A DNA stretch of 64,000 nucleotides from Candidatus Nomurabacteria bacterium (GTDB taxonomy: Bacteria; Patescibacteriota; Minisyncoccia; Phycocordibacterales; JACOZG01). The position numbers were made by a program, and so were the translations under genes. A model generated the notes under the pieces. That model saw only the letters and a program-made list of their open reading frames with translations, ran no database searches and had not been told where the DNA came from. The stretch is taken from contig JADLCI010000007.1 of the NCBI GenBank assembly GCA_020847275.1, positions 188,059 to 252,058 of the forward strand. The letters run 5' to 3'. Shown piece by piece: positions 24,287 to 35,248 of the stretch (within the stretch, counting starts at the first letter, position 1; the number at the start of each line of letters is the position of its first letter).

Positions 24287-27200
24287 ATGCGTAAAAAATA
24301 TTTTGCCCGCTATCAAGAACCGCTAACAGAATTGCCCGACCTCGTCGGTATGCAGAAAACTTCCTATGATTGGCTTCTGAGCGACGGACTCAAGGATATT
24401 TTTAAAGAATTTTCACCAATTAAAGACTACTCGGAGAAAAAATTTGAATTGGAATTCACCGGTTTCCAATTAGAACAACCAAAGTTTGATGAACATTACG
24501 CCAAGGCGAACCAGCTTTCTTACGAGGCAGCGCTCAAGATTAAGGTTAAGCTGAAGAACAAAATTATTAATGAGGAAAAAGAACAAGAGCTTTTCCTCGC
24601 CGATATGCCACTAATGACTCCGCACGGCACTTTCGTGGTTAATGCCAACGAACGGGTGGTTGTTACTCAATTGGCGCGCAGTTTCGGTATCTTCTTTACC
24701 AAGAACGAACTTCGGGGCAAACGCTATTTTGGCGCGAAGGTTATTCCTGCTCTCGGTGCCTGGATTGAATTAGAGACGGAAGCCGATGATACGATTTATG
24801 TTCGGATTGATCGTAAGCGAAAGTTTCCGTTCATTTCTCTGCTCCGTGTCTTGGCGGATCTCGAGGGGAAGCAGATTACTGATGGGGAGATCGTAAACTT
24901 GTTCGCCACTGTTACAAGCGAAAGCGAGGTTGATTATGTTAAGACTTCTTTAGCAAAAGACCACGCCAAAACGGCCGATGATTCTTATCTTGAGATTTAT
25001 AAACGATTACGAGACAGTGATCTCGCTACCCCCCAGAATGCTCGAGAATTTTTGACCGGACTTTTCTCCCGCGAACGTTATGACATTTCTGAAGTTGGGC
25101 GTCTTCGTTTCAACACCCGATTTGGTAGACAGGCTTTAGAAGGAAATGAATACGAACGCCGACTATCCAGCGACGATCTCGTGCAGATCGTGAGTCATGT
25201 CATCAAACTTAATAATGATCATGCCGCGGAGGCAGACGATATTGATCACCTCGGTTTACGGCGTATTCGCTCGGTGGGGGAAATGCTTCAACAGAAATTG
25301 CGCGTCGGGATGCTTCAGATGCGTCGAAATATTCAAGATCGTATGTCCACAGTTGATTCTTCTACTACCATGCCGATCCAGTTTATTAATCCACGACCAC
25401 TACAGGCCAAGATTAAAGAATTCTTCACGACCAACCAGCTGGCGCAATTTATGGATCAGAAGAATATCTTGAGTGAGGTGGAGCATTTGCGTACCTTATC
25501 AGCTCTCGGCCCTGGCGGTCTCACGCGTAAGCGTTCTGGTCTAGAGGTCCGAGACGTTCACCCGTCCCATTACGGTCGGGTTTGTCCAATTCATACCCCG
25601 GAGGGACCAAACATCGGTTTGATCCTACACTTATCTAACTACGCACGGGTTAATCGTTTCGGTGTGATTGAGACACCTTATCGTAAGGTCGATGGTGGTG
25701 TTGTGCTTGATGAGCTGGTCTATCTGAATGCTTTAGACGAAGAGAAGATGGTTATCGCTCACGGCGCAACGCAGTTAGATGAAAAGAAGTCTATCGTCAA
25801 CAAGATCGTGGATGTTCGCGTTCATGGTCAACCGACAACAGCTTCACGCGAAAAAGTGACCTTGTTTGAAGTCTCGCCCTATCAGCCTTTCTCTGTTTCT
25901 ACCTCAATTATTCCATTTTTGGAACATGATGATGCCAATCGCGCGTTGATGGGTTCCAACATGCAAAAACAGGCAATCCCTTGCGTGATTCCGGAAACAT
26001 CACTTGTGGCCACAGGTATTGAAGATCGCGTGGCCCGTGATTCCGGACGGCTAGTGCTTAGTGCTCTGGCGGGGACGGTTACAGGGCTTGATGGGCGCGA
26101 GATTGTGGTGACGAACGAAGCGGGTGAGAAAACTTCACATCGACTCGCCAACTTTGTTAAAACTAATAACAACACTGTTTTCCACCAGCGACCGCTCGTT
26201 TCGCTTGGCGACAAGGTAAAGAAGGGGCAAGTTTTGGCTGACACTTCATCTTCTGTTGGCGGTCAGTTGGCTCTGGGTCAGAATGCTCTGGTTGCGTTTA
26301 TGTCACTTGATGGCGCGAACTACGAAGACGCGATTATTATTTCTGAAAGATTGGTGCGGGAGAGCAAGTTTACAAGTATTCATATTGAAGAGTTTACGGT
26401 GAATGTCCGGGACACAAAGCTTGGACCAGAAGTGACAACCCACGATATTCCAAATGTCGGTGAGACGAAACTTCGCAATTTAGATGAAGAGGGTATTATC
26501 CGGATTGGCGCGGAGGTGGGTCCCGGCGACATTTTGGTTGGTAAGATTACACCAAAAGGTGAAACCGAGTTAACGCCGGAGGAGCGCTTACTTCGCTCCA
26601 TCTTTGGCGAGAAATCGCGAGATGTGAAGGATACTTCACTTCGTTTGCCAAATGGTAAAAAAGGTAAAGCGATCTCAGTGAAAGTCTTCTCTCGGGAGAA
26701 GGGTGACAAACTAGAGTCCGGTATTACCAAGAGAATTCACATTGAGGTGGCTGAATTGCGTAATGTTTCGGTTGGAGACAAACTTGCTGGTCGGCACGGT
26801 AACAAGGGCGTTGTTTCTCGGGTCTTGCCTATTGAGGACATGCCTCACATGGCTGACGGAACACCGATCGATATTGTGCTCACTCCCCTTGGTGTGCCGA
26901 GCCGAATGAACCTGGGCCAAATCTTTGAAATGCATCTTGGGCTGGCGGCGCATACACTTAATTATCAAGCAATTACACCACCGTTTACTGGGGCAACGGC
27001 GCAAGAAGTGAGAGAGGAGTTGAAGGCGGCCGGCTTCCCTGAAAGTGGTAAGGTCAAATTGTTTGACGGCAAGACGGGTAAGGCATTTGATCAAGATGTG
27101 GCCATTGGTTACATGTGTATCTTGAAGCTTGATCACATGGTGGAAGACAAGGTCCACATGCGTTCAATTGGACCATATTCTTTGATTACGCAGCAACCAC

Positions 27201-27457
27201 TTGGTGGTAAGGCGCAACGTGGTGGCCAGCGTTTCGGCGAAATGGAAGTCTGGGCTTTGGAGGGATATGGTGCGGCCTACATTCTGCAGGAGATGATGAC
27301 CATTAAATCGGATGACATTGTGGGTCGTTCACAGGCTTTTGATTCAATCGTGAAAGGGAGGGAGATTGGTTTACCTAATTTACCAGCCTCTTTCAATGTG
27401 ATGCTAAACGAGCTTCGGGGTTTGGCACTCGATGTAGAACTTAAAAAAGTTAACTAA
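24287..27457 (+). CDS. rpoB: DNA-directed RNA polymerase beta subunit
   Basis: 1056 aa with conserved RpoB blocks (GLTRKRSGLEVRDVHPSHYGRVCPIHTPEGPNIGLI, NMQKQA, GRHGNKGV). Confidence 0.95.
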   Translation: MRKKYFARYQEPLTELPDLVGMQKTSYDWLLSDGLKDIFKEFSPIKDYSEKKFELEFTGFQLEQPKFDEHYAKANQLSYEAALKIKVKLKNKIINEEKEQELFLADMPLMTPHGTFVVNANERVVVTQLARSFGIFFTKNELRGKRYFGAKVIPALGAWIELETEADDTIYVRIDRKRKFPFISLLRVLADLEGKQITDGEIVNLFATVTSESEVDYVKTSLAKDHAKTADDSYLEIYKRLRDSDLATPQNAREFLTGLFSRERYDISEVGRLRFNTRFGRQALEGNEYERRLSSDDLVQIVSHVIKLNNDHAAEADDIDHLGLRRIRSVGEMLQQKLRVGMLQMRRNIQDRMSTVDSSTTMPIQFINPRPLQAKIKEFFTTNQLAQFMDQKNILSEVEHLRTLSALGPGGLTRKRSGLEVRDVHPSHYGRVCPIHTPEGPNIGLILHLSNYARVNRFGVIETPYRKVDGGVVLDELVYLNALDEEKMVIAHGATQLDEKKSIVNKIVDVRVHGQPTTASREKVTLFEVSPYQPFSVSTSIIPFLEHDDANRALMGSNMQKQAIPCVIPETSLVATGIEDRVARDSGRLVLSALAGTVTGLDGREIVVTNEAGEKTSHRLANFVKTNNNTVFHQRPLVSLGDKVKKGQVLADTSSSVGGQLALGQNALVAFMSLDGANYEDAIIISERLVRESKFTSIHIEEFTVNVRDTKLGPEVTTHDIPNVGETKLRNLDEEGIIRIGAEVGPGDILVGKITPKGETELTPEERLLRSIFGEKSRDVKDTSLRLPNGKKGKAISVKVFSREKGDKLESGITKRIHIEVAELRNVSVGDKLAGRHGNKGVVSRVLPIEDMPHMADGTPIDIVLTPLGVPSRMNLGQIFEMHLGLAAHTLNYQAITPPFTGATAQEVREELKAAGFPESGKVKLFDGKTGKAFDQDVAIGYMCILKLDHMVEDKVHMRSIGPYSLITQQPLGGKAQRGGQRFGEMEVWALEGYGAAYILQEMMTIKSDDIVGRSQAFDSIVKGREIGLPNLPASFNVMLNELRGLALDVELKKVN

Positions 27458-27462
27458 CCATT

Positions 27463-30400
27463 ATGATTACTCCAAAAAGAAACGAAACGGAATTGGATTT
27501 TAACGCAATCAGTTTGCGTTTGGCCAGTCCAGAACGAATTCGTGAGTGGTCACGTGGCGAGGTTACGAAACCGGAGACAATAAATTATCGAACTGGTCGT
27601 AGCGAGCGAGGTGGCCTTTTTGACGAGCGTATTTTCGGGCCAGAACGTGATTATGAATGTTACTGTGGCAAGTATCGCCGAATTCGCTACAAAGATATTG
27701 TCTGCGAGCGTTGTGGCGTAGAGGTTACCAACTCAATTGTTCGCCGTGAACGAATGGGGCATATTGAGTTGGCTTCACCCGTCTCTCACATCTGGTTCGT
27801 GCGGGCAATACCCTCTCGTCTCGGGCTCTTTCTCAATCTCTCAATGACCGATTTGGAGAAGGTTGTTTATTTTGCCGGCTACATTGTGACCAAAGTAAAC
27901 GTTGAAGATAAGGCGAAATTGCTCAAGGATATTGATCAAGAGTACAAACAACGATTGAAAACGCTGCAAGATGACCGAAGTAAGGAAGCACTGAAAGAAC
28001 AAATGCAGAACGCGAAGAATAGTCTGGAAAACTTAACTGTCGGTCGGGTCTTGGATGAGGTTGCTTATCATCGTTTGTCGTTAAAATATGGTTCGGTTTT
28101 TGAGGCCGAGATTGGGGCCGAAGCGCTCTATAACATTTGTTGCAATGCTGACTTGGGTAAACTTTTGATTGAAGTAGAAGGTGAGTTAGCTGAAGCAAGC
28201 GCACTGGAACGTGTTCGGATTCAGAAACGCTACAATCTAATTAAATCAATGAAACGTGCGGGTCTACGCCCGGAGTGGATGTTCCTAATGGCGGTGCCCG
28301 TTATCCCACCAGACTTACGACCGATGGTGGCGCTTGACGGTGGACGACACGCGACAAGTGATGTAAACGATCTTTATCGCCGGGTGATTAACCGCAATAA
28401 TCGTCTAAGGAAGCTCAAGGAATTAAGCGCACCAGAAGTCATCTTGCGTAATGAGAAGAGAATTCTTCAAGAAGCAGTTGATGCATTAATCGATAATTCT
28501 ATTCGTCGTGGTCAGGGTGCCGGTGCGGTTAATCCAGCCCAGCGTCGACCACTTAAATCACTTTCCGACTCACTTCGCGGTAAACAAGGGCGTTTCCGTC
28601 AGAATCTATTGGGTAAGCGGGTAGATTACTCCGGTCGCTCGGTTATTGTTGTCGGCCCAGATTTGAAGCTTTCTGAATGTGGTTTACCAAAACATATCGC
28701 ATTGGAACTTTTTCGGCCGTTTGTAATCGCAAAAATTCTCGAAAGAGAGTTTGCCTTCAATATTCGCGGTGCTGGACGTCTAATCAGTGACCAGGTACCA
28801 GAAGTCTGGGCCATTCTCGAAGAAGTGATTAAAGACAAATATGTCCTCTTGAATCGTGCTCCAACTCTACACCGTCTTGGTATCCAAGCTTTTCGTCCGA
28901 TTTTGATTGAGGGTAATTCCATTCAAGTTCATCCGCTGGTTTGTTCTGCTTTCAATGCTGACTTCGACGGTGACATGATGGCCGTACACATCCCACTTTC
29001 TGTTCCCGCCCAGAGAGAAGCAAGAGAATTAATGGCGGCCAACAAAAATATTCTTAAACCAGGGAATGGCAGTCCAGTTATAAACCTTAAACTGGATATT
29101 GTGCTTGGTTGTTACTGGGTAACGAAGTTTCGTGACGAGACCGAGGAGGCCGTTCAGTTTTTTGGTAGTCCGGAGGAGGCAATCACCGCCTACAATTTCG
29201 ACGCCATTAACATTCGAGAAAAGATTAAGGTTCTAATAAAAGACGAGATGCTTGAAACTTCGGTTGGGCGCATTCTCTTTAATCGTAATCTGCCGGGTGA
29301 TTTGCCTTTTCTGAATAAAGAAGTTACTGGCAAGGAAATTAGCACGATAATGGATCGCCTAATAAGTGAGCGCACAATTGACGAGGTGAGTAATATCCTC
29401 GATCGTCTGAAAGATTTTGGCTTTCATTACGCTACTATTTCTGGAACGACTTGGGGACTAGACGATATTCAGGTTCCAGAAGCAAAGGCGGGGATCGTCG
29501 ACGGGGCGAGGGTTGAGGCAGCGGCATTGGAAGATAAATATAACGAAGGTCTACTCTCTAGCAACGAAAAGTATCTTCTAACACTGAAGATCTGGAACAC
29601 AACAAAAAATAAAATTGAGAAGGTTCTCATTGACGGCTTGAATAAGGAAGGCTCAGTTTTTCACATGCTTACATCCGGGGCACGCGGTTCCACGAGTCAA
29701 ATTAGTCAGATGTCTGGTATGAAGGGCTTGATTATTAACCCCGCCGGTGAACGCATTGCCTTCCCGATTATTTCGTCTTACAAAGAAGGTCTCACTCCTC
29801 TTGAGTACTTTATTACAACGCACGGTTCTCGTAAAACTCTCACCGATACGGCGCTCAATACAGCTAAGGCTGGTTACCTTACGCGGCGTTTGGTTTATGT
29901 CGCTGAGGATATAAGAATCACCGAGATTGATTGCGGTGACACTGATGGTAAATTAATTTCGACATCCCAGACATCTGGTTTCAACCGTGGTATTGCCCAC
30001 TTGATTTGGGGTCGTGTCCTTGCGCGGGATCTTAAAACAAAGGAGGGTAAGGTCTTGTTCAAAAAAGGCCACCTCATTCTTCGTGAAGAGGCGCAGGTGG
30101 CAGAAAAAGAGGGCGTGGAGGAAGCACAAATTAGGACCCTACTTACTTGTCAGTCGAAAGAGGGTGTGTGTCAGCAATGTTACGGCAAGGACTTAGGACG
30201 GGGTCGTTTGGTGGAAATTGGCGAACCAGTTGGTATTGTGGCGGCCCAAGCAATCGGTGAGCCGGGGACTCAGCTGACAATGCGCACAAAGCACTCTGGT
30301 GGTGTCGATGTTGGAGGTGACATTGTGGGTGGTTTGCCACGGGTGGAAGAAATTTTTGAAAGACGCAGTCCCAAGAATCCCGCGCTTGTCTCGACTGTAG

Positions 30401-31077
30401 ATGGAACAGTTTTGGAAGTGAAGAAAGATCATAAACAAATAACCATCACAATCCTTGCGGCACCAGGGACGAAGCTGGCCAAGGGCAAGAGTGAGAATGT
30501 AGAATTTATTGTGCCACTTTTGCGCGAGGTTCTAGTGAAGAAGGGTGACGACGTGAAGCGAGGTCAACTTCTAACGGACGGTCCAGCTGATCTACAGGAG
30601 ATGTTTCGTTTTAGTGGCAAGGCAGAAACAGAGGAGTATATCATCGATGAGATTAGCAAGATCTATGAGTTACAAGGTGCTTCCATTTCCCGCAAACACA
30701 TTGAATTGATTATCCGGCAGATGTTTTCTCGTCGAAAAATTAAACAAACTGGTAGTAGCAACTTTGATCAGGGGGAGATTGTGGAGAATCACGATCTGCT
30801 TGACTCAAACGCTGTGGGTAAAAAGAAGAATGCTGAAGAAGCAACGGCTGAAACGGTGTTGCTTGGTATCTCGGAGGTTTCCCTCAATACCGGGAGCTTC
30901 GTCTCTGCGGTGGCGTTCGGTCAGCCTACACGAGTGCTTATTCGTACGGCGGTGAAGGGGGGCGTGGCTAAACTTCGAGGTCTAAAGGAGAATGTGATAG
31001 TTGGACGCCTAATTCCAGCCGGCACTGGTCTTCGACCTGATTTCTGGAAAAGAAATAACGGAGACACGATCGCTTAA
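27463..31077 (+). CDS. rpoC: DNA-directed RNA polymerase beta' subunit
   Basis: 1204 aa. Zn-binding CYCGKYRRIRYKDIVCERCG. Catalytic NADFDGDMMAVH motif. Confidence 0.95.
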   Translation: MITPKRNETELDFNAISLRLASPERIREWSRGEVTKPETINYRTGRSERGGLFDERIFGPERDYECYCGKYRRIRYKDIVCERCGVEVTNSIVRRERMGHIELASPVSHIWFVRAIPSRLGLFLNLSMTDLEKVVYFAGYIVTKVNVEDKAKLLKDIDQEYKQRLKTLQDDRSKEALKEQMQNAKNSLENLTVGRVLDEVAYHRLSLKYGSVFEAEIGAEALYNICCNADLGKLLIEVEGELAEASALERVRIQKRYNLIKSMKRAGLRPEWMFLMAVPVIPPDLRPMVALDGGRHATSDVNDLYRRVINRNNRLRKLKELSAPEVILRNEKRILQEAVDALIDNSIRRGQGAGAVNPAQRRPLKSLSDSLRGKQGRFRQNLLGKRVDYSGRSVIVVGPDLKLSECGLPKHIALELFRPFVIAKILEREFAFNIRGAGRLISDQVPEVWAILEEVIKDKYVLLNRAPTLHRLGIQAFRPILIEGNSIQVHPLVCSAFNADFDGDMMAVHIPLSVPAQREARELMAANKNILKPGNGSPVINLKLDIVLGCYWVTKFRDETEEAVQFFGSPEEAITAYNFDAINIREKIKVLIKDEMLETSVGRILFNRNLPGDLPFLNKEVTGKEISTIMDRLISERTIDEVSNILDRLKDFGFHYATISGTTWGLDDIQVPEAKAGIVDGARVEAAALEDKYNEGLLSSNEKYLLTLKIWNTTKNKIEKVLIDGLNKEGSVFHMLTSGARGSTSQISQMSGMKGLIINPAGERIAFPIISSYKEGLTPLEYFITTHGSRKTLTDTALNTAKAGYLTRRLVYVAEDIRITEIDCGDTDGKLISTSQTSGFNRGIAHLIWGRVLARDLKTKEGKVLFKKGHLILREEAQVAEKEGVEEAQIRTLLTCQSKEGVCQQCYGKDLGRGRLVEIGEPVGIVAAQAIGEPGTQLTMRTKHSGGVDVGGDIVGGLPRVEEIFERRSPKNPALVSTVDGTVLEVKKDHKQITITILAAPGTKLAKGKSENVEFIVPLLREVLVKKGDDVKRGQLLTDGPADLQEMFRFSGKAETEEYIIDEISKIYELQGASISRKHIELIIRQMFSRRKIKQTGSSNFDQGEIVENHDLLDSNAVGKKKNAEEATAETVLLGISEVSLNTGSFVSAVAFGQPTRVLIRTAVKGGVAKLRGLKENVIVGRLIPAGTGLRPDFWKRNNGDTIA

Positions 31078-32745
31078 ATGTCGTCAACCGTTGAACAAGT
31101 AAAAGCTAAATTAAATATCGTCGATTTTGTCTCCGATTATCTTAAACTTGAAAAGGCGGGGACAAACTGGAAGGCGCGATGTCCTTTCCATAACGAAAAA
31201 ACACCGTCTTTCTTTGTCTCACCCGCAAGGCAGACTTGGCATTGTTTTGGTTGCAATCGTGGTGGAGATTTGATTAGTTTTGCCGAAGAGATTGAGGGTC
31301 TGGAATTCTTACCGGCCCTCAAAATGCTGGCCGAGCGGGTTGGTGTACCCCTGGAATCGTCTCATGTTCGTAAAGATAATACCGAGAAAGAAAATCTCTA
31401 TCGTCTGTTGGAGGTGGCGCGAGACTATTACGTGGAACAATTATCAGATCAGATCGCGGCGAGGGAATACCTGATTAGTCGTGGTTTAAAACCGGAAACG
31501 ATGAAAAGCTTTGCTTTGGGTTTCGCGCCTGCTGGTTGGCAAAGTCTAACGAGTTTTCTCTCGGGACGGCGGTTTAGCGAAGACATAATGCTGAAGTCGG
31601 GTTTAGTTTTACGTTCGGAGAAAAATGGTAGCATCTATGATCGTTTTCGCTCGCGGATTATGTTTCCTTTGTCTGATTCGGCTGGTCGGGTTGTTGGCTT
31701 TTCGGGAAGAATTTTTGGCGAGGATGATGGTTCTGGTTCTGTTGGGGGAAAATATGTGAACACACCAGAGACTATTCTTTATCACAAGTCAGACATCCTT
31801 TATGCTTACGATCGTGCCAAGCTTGCAATCCGACGCGCAGGACACTGCATTGTCGTAGAGGGTCAGTTGGATTTACTTTTGTCACATCAATCGGGATTCC
31901 TTCAAACCGTCGCTGTTTCTGGCACGGCACTAACCAATGAACATCTCACGTTAATTAAACGATTGACCGACAAGATTGTGATGGCTTTTGATGGTGACAA
32001 GGCCGGTTTGGCGGCGGCGAGTCGTTCGATTTCACTGGCCCTCGCTGCTGGCTTTGAGGTTAAGTTGGTTGCACTGCCGAAGGGCCACGATCCGGCCGAT
32101 ATTATTGTGAAGGATGAAAAGATTTGGTCGGACTTGCTTAATGGAGCGAAGCCGGTGATTGATTTCTTGCTCGACACGATGACAACCAGCGCCAAGGACA
32201 AATTAGATCTAATCCACAAGATCGAACAGGATGTTTATCCCTATTTAGTTTCTCTACCGAACGCCCATGATCGGGAATACTATCTCTCCAGGGTAAGTTT
32301 GTTGACCCAGTTATCAGAAAACATCATAAGGGAGAAGTTATATTCTATCAAAAAAATGGAATCAAAAATTGGTGGCAAGGTGGCCACAACAGAAACGCGG
32401 ACGGATAGAATTCTCACTCAATTATTTGGCCTCTGGTGGCAGGGCCAAGATTTGAAAGAAAGATTACGGAATATTTTGGGGGAGAAGAGATTTAATGAAA
32501 CTATGGCAAAATTAGAGTTGAAGAAAAATGAGCTGGTGTTGACCATGGAACTTGGTTATGCTGGAATGGCGTCAGATAAGCTGGAACAGGAAATTCAGGA
32601 ACTATTTAGCAATTTACAAATTGATTTGTGGCAGGAGGAGATTGAAAAATTACGTTTTAAATTGAGTCGAGAGCCGGAACAGGAAGACACAATTCTAAAA
32701 GAGCTACAAAAGATTTATCAAAAAATTAGTGATTTAAAAAAATAA
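31078..32745 (+). CDS. dnaG: DNA primase
   Basis: Zinc-finger CPFHNEKTPSFFVSPARQTWHCFGC. Toprim region. Confidence 0.9.
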   Translation: MSSTVEQVKAKLNIVDFVSDYLKLEKAGTNWKARCPFHNEKTPSFFVSPARQTWHCFGCNRGGDLISFAEEIEGLEFLPALKMLAERVGVPLESSHVRKDNTEKENLYRLLEVARDYYVEQLSDQIAAREYLISRGLKPETMKSFALGFAPAGWQSLTSFLSGRRFSEDIMLKSGLVLRSEKNGSIYDRFRSRIMFPLSDSAGRVVGFSGRIFGEDDGSGSVGGKYVNTPETILYHKSDILYAYDRAKLAIRRAGHCIVVEGQLDLLLSHQSGFLQTVAVSGTALTNEHLTLIKRLTDKIVMAFDGDKAGLAAASRSISLALAAGFEVKLVALPKGHDPADIIVKDEKIWSDLLNGAKPVIDFLLDTMTTSAKDKLDLIHKIEQDVYPYLVSLPNAHDREYYLSRVSLLTQLSENIIREKLYSIKKMESKIGGKVATTETRTDRILTQLFGLWWQGQDLKERLRNILGEKRFNETMAKLELKKNELVLTMELGYAGMASDKLEQEIQELFSNLQIDLWQEEIEKLRFKLSREPEQEDTILKELQKIYQKISDLKK

Positions 32746-32754
32746 AAAATAATT

Positions 32755-33963
32755 ATGCCAAAAAAAATAAAGAGAAAGAAGTTACCGGTGAATAAGGCAA
32801 AAAAGATAAAGTCTAAAACAAAAAAGATCCAGAGGAAGGTAAAGCCAAAACTAAAGCAGAAATCAAAAGTTAAACCAACTAAAACTAAAACTGTCGCGGT
32901 GCGTGAACGCGAACAGAATGAACAGAAAATAGGGAGATTGCTTCAAAGGGGAAGGGGGCGTGGCTTCGTGACCTACGCGGAATTACTAAAGGAGTTTCCG
33001 ACAATTGAAACTAATCTGACTCTGCTGGACGAAATCTATGAAAAGTTTGAACTTGCCGGTGTCGATGTCTTGGAAGAAGGAGGATTACTTGATGATGTGG
33101 ATGAGGCTAAACTCCAGGAACGTCTTGGTGGTGGTTCGCTGGACTCCGTTCAAATGTATCTGAAGGAAATTGGTAAGCATAAGCTAATCAATGCGGCCGA
33201 TGAGCGTGAGCTCGCACGACGAATTCTGCAGGGTGACGAAGAAGCCAAGAAAGCACTGGCTCATGCGAACCTGCGATTGGTAGTCTCGATTGCGAAGCGT
33301 TACATTGGACGGAGCGCAGATCTAACTCTGCTTGATCTAATTCAGGAGGGTAACCTCGGTCTTTTTAAGGCGGTTGAGAAATTCGATTGGACCCGTGGTT
33401 ACAAATTTTCTACTTATGCTACTTGGTGGATTCGTCAGGCGGTTACACGGGCGCTTGCTGATCAGTCGCGTACGATTCGTATTCCTGTCCATATGGTTGA
33501 GACAATTGCGAAGTACAAGCAGGTGGTTAGACGACTGACACAAGACCTCGGCCGTGAACCATTACCAGCCGAGATTGCTACCGAGATGGGTGTTGATATC
33601 GAGAAGGTCTATACCATCGAACAAATTGACCAGAGTACAACCTCTCTAGACAAGCCGACGAACAGCGATGAGGAACGCTCCACGCTTGGTGAATTTATTC
33701 CAGATCAGAAAATTGCGTCACCAGACAAAGATGCTTCCCACCGGATTCTTCGAGATCAGATTCAGGAGATTCTAGCGGATTTATCACCGAAGGAACGAAG
33801 GATTCTAGAGATGCGGCACGGTCTCACTGATGGGGTAATGCGAACCCTGGAAGAAGTGGGTTTGGAATTCGGTGTGACTCGTGAGCGTATTCGTCAGATT
33901 GAAGCAAAGGCTCACGAGAAAATTCGTCAGCACGACAAGGCAAAAAAACTTATGGGTTATTGA
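32755..33963 (+). CDS. rpoD: RNA polymerase sigma-70 factor
   Basis: Regions 1.2 through 4 recognisable ([58 protein letters not shown]). Lys-rich N-terminal extension. Confidence 0.9.
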   Translation: MPKKIKRKKLPVNKAKKIKSKTKKIQRKVKPKLKQKSKVKPTKTKTVAVREREQNEQKIGRLLQRGRGRGFVTYAELLKEFPTIETNLTLLDEIYEKFELAGVDVLEEGGLLDDVDEAKLQERLGGGSLDSVQMYLKEIGKHKLINAADERELARRILQGDEEAKKALAHANLRLVVSIAKRYIGRSADLTLLDLIQEGNLGLFKAVEKFDWTRGYKFSTYATWWIRQAVTRALADQSRTIRIPVHMVETIAKYKQVVRRLTQDLGREPLPAEIATEMGVDIEKVYTIEQIDQSTTSLDKPTNSDEERSTLGEFIPDQKIASPDKDASHRILRDQIQEILADLSPKERRILEMRHGLTDGVMRTLEEVGLEFGVTRERIRQIEAKAHEKIRQHDKAKKLMGY

Positions 33964-33967
33964 ATCC

Positions 33968-34645
33968 TTACTCAATACCCAACTCTTTCTTGAGAATTGC
34001 TTCTAGCTTGTCGAATGGCATTGCCCCGCCCAGTTCTTTGGCCCCGTCCTTCTTGTTGATAATAATACTGAATGGCGTATAAGCAGCGCCGGTTTCTACG
34101 GCATTGTCTACATCACGCTTGATACGCTGGACTGATTCCCCGTTTGTTAAACAGGAATCGAAGGCCTGGCGGTTAATTCCCAGTTCCTCTGCTAGTTGGG
34201 AAAGAAGCGCTAGGTCTAGGCCATTGTTGGAGGGTGTTATATCGAAAATTTTATCGGTATATTGCCAGAATTTGTCCTCACCCCCAAGAGCGGCGACACA
34301 TTCGGTGGCCTCGGCTTCCTTCTGTGCCTTAGGATGAATTTCCAATGGCAAGTGGCGGTAGACCCACCTCACGTCATTACCATAACTTTTCATAACTTGC
34401 TCCATTGTTTTGTGGAACTGTTTACAAAAAGGACACTCTAAATCGGAATATTCCAGAATAGTTATCTGTGCTGACGGGTTACCTCGAATATGGTCGGTAT
34501 TGTCTATTGTAAGTAATTTTTTTGGTTTAAATTCTGGAACAGAGGGACCATTTGACGCTTTTTGTCCGTTATAAATTACAGCTCCGGCAATTATAATTCC
34601 GGCAATTACAATCGCGGCCGGGACGCTTAATTTATTATTTTCCAT
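33968..34645 (-). CDS. DsbA-family thiol-disulfide oxidoreductase (membrane-anchored)
   Basis: N-terminal TM helix. CPFC thioredoxin-fold motif. Confidence 0.7.
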   Translation of the reverse strand: MENNKLSVPAAIVIAGIIIAGAVIYNGQKASNGPSVPEFKPKKLLTIDNTDHIRGNPSAQITILEYSDLECPFCKQFHKTMEQVMKSYGNDVRWVYRHLPLEIHPKAQKEAEATECVAALGGEDKFWQYTDKIFDITPSNNGLDLALLSQLAEELGINRQAFDSCLTNGESVQRIKRDVDNAVETGAAYTPFSIIINKKDGAKELGGAMPFDKLEAILKKELGIE

Positions 34646-34674
34646 ATGGTGGTTATTCTAACAGCTGTCAAAAC

Positions 34675-35172
34675 TTAGCGCAAATAAAGAACTTTCTTTC
34701 CCCAGAATTTGATTAAACGGGATGGTTTTTTGCCGGTTTTTCCTGCAAGATAAAAATCTATGTTCTGACCAAAGTACCTTTTTGCTTCAATAATATCCTC
34801 TGCTGGCGGCTTGCCTTCTGGGTTGGCACTTGTGGCAATAAGTGGACCGGTTTCTGAAATTACTTTCCTGAGCCAAACGAGTTTAGGAAGACGAAAAGCA
34901 ATATTATTTATAATAATGCTGGTTGGCCCGGGCCAGAATTCACCTAGTCTACTTTTGAGATTTTTGTCTAATTTTATGTCAAACAGTTCAAGATCTTCTA
35001 AACGACTAATCAAGATTATGAACGGCTTGTTTCTCGCTCGCTTTTTTAAAGTATAGATTCTCTTGACCGCCCTCGGCGTAAGAGCCCTGCCCACCAGACC
35101 ATAGATTGTGTCCGTTGGTAAAACGCCTACGCCGCCAGATTTTAGAATATTTATGATGTCACCTTTTCTCAT
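34675..35172 (-). CDS. tsaC: L-threonylcarbamoyladenylate synthase (TsaC/YrdC family)
   Basis: GGVGVLPTDTIYGLVG and ...IKGR...KPF..LI match the YrdC signature. Confidence 0.8.
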   Translation of the reverse strand: MRKGDIINILKSGGVGVLPTDTIYGLVGRALTPRAVKRIYTLKKRARNKPFIILISRLEDLELFDIKLDKNLKSRLGEFWPGPTSIIINNIAFRLPKLVWLRKVISETGPLIATSANPEGKPPAEDIIEAKRYFGQNIDFYLAGKTGKKPSRLIKFWGKKVLYLR

Positions 35173-35248
35173 AATTTAGTGGAAATCATCGATGGTGAAC
35201 ATAGCAACTTACTTTCAATTCGTCAATTTTTTTGCTAGAGTTTTCCCA

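Noticed and set aside
25197-31634. Short internal or antisense ORFs within rpoB, rpoC and dnaG (25197..25472, 25882..26244-, 26380..27157-, 27923..28204-, and others)
   Set aside because: They overlap strongly supported large core genes, with no independent signals.
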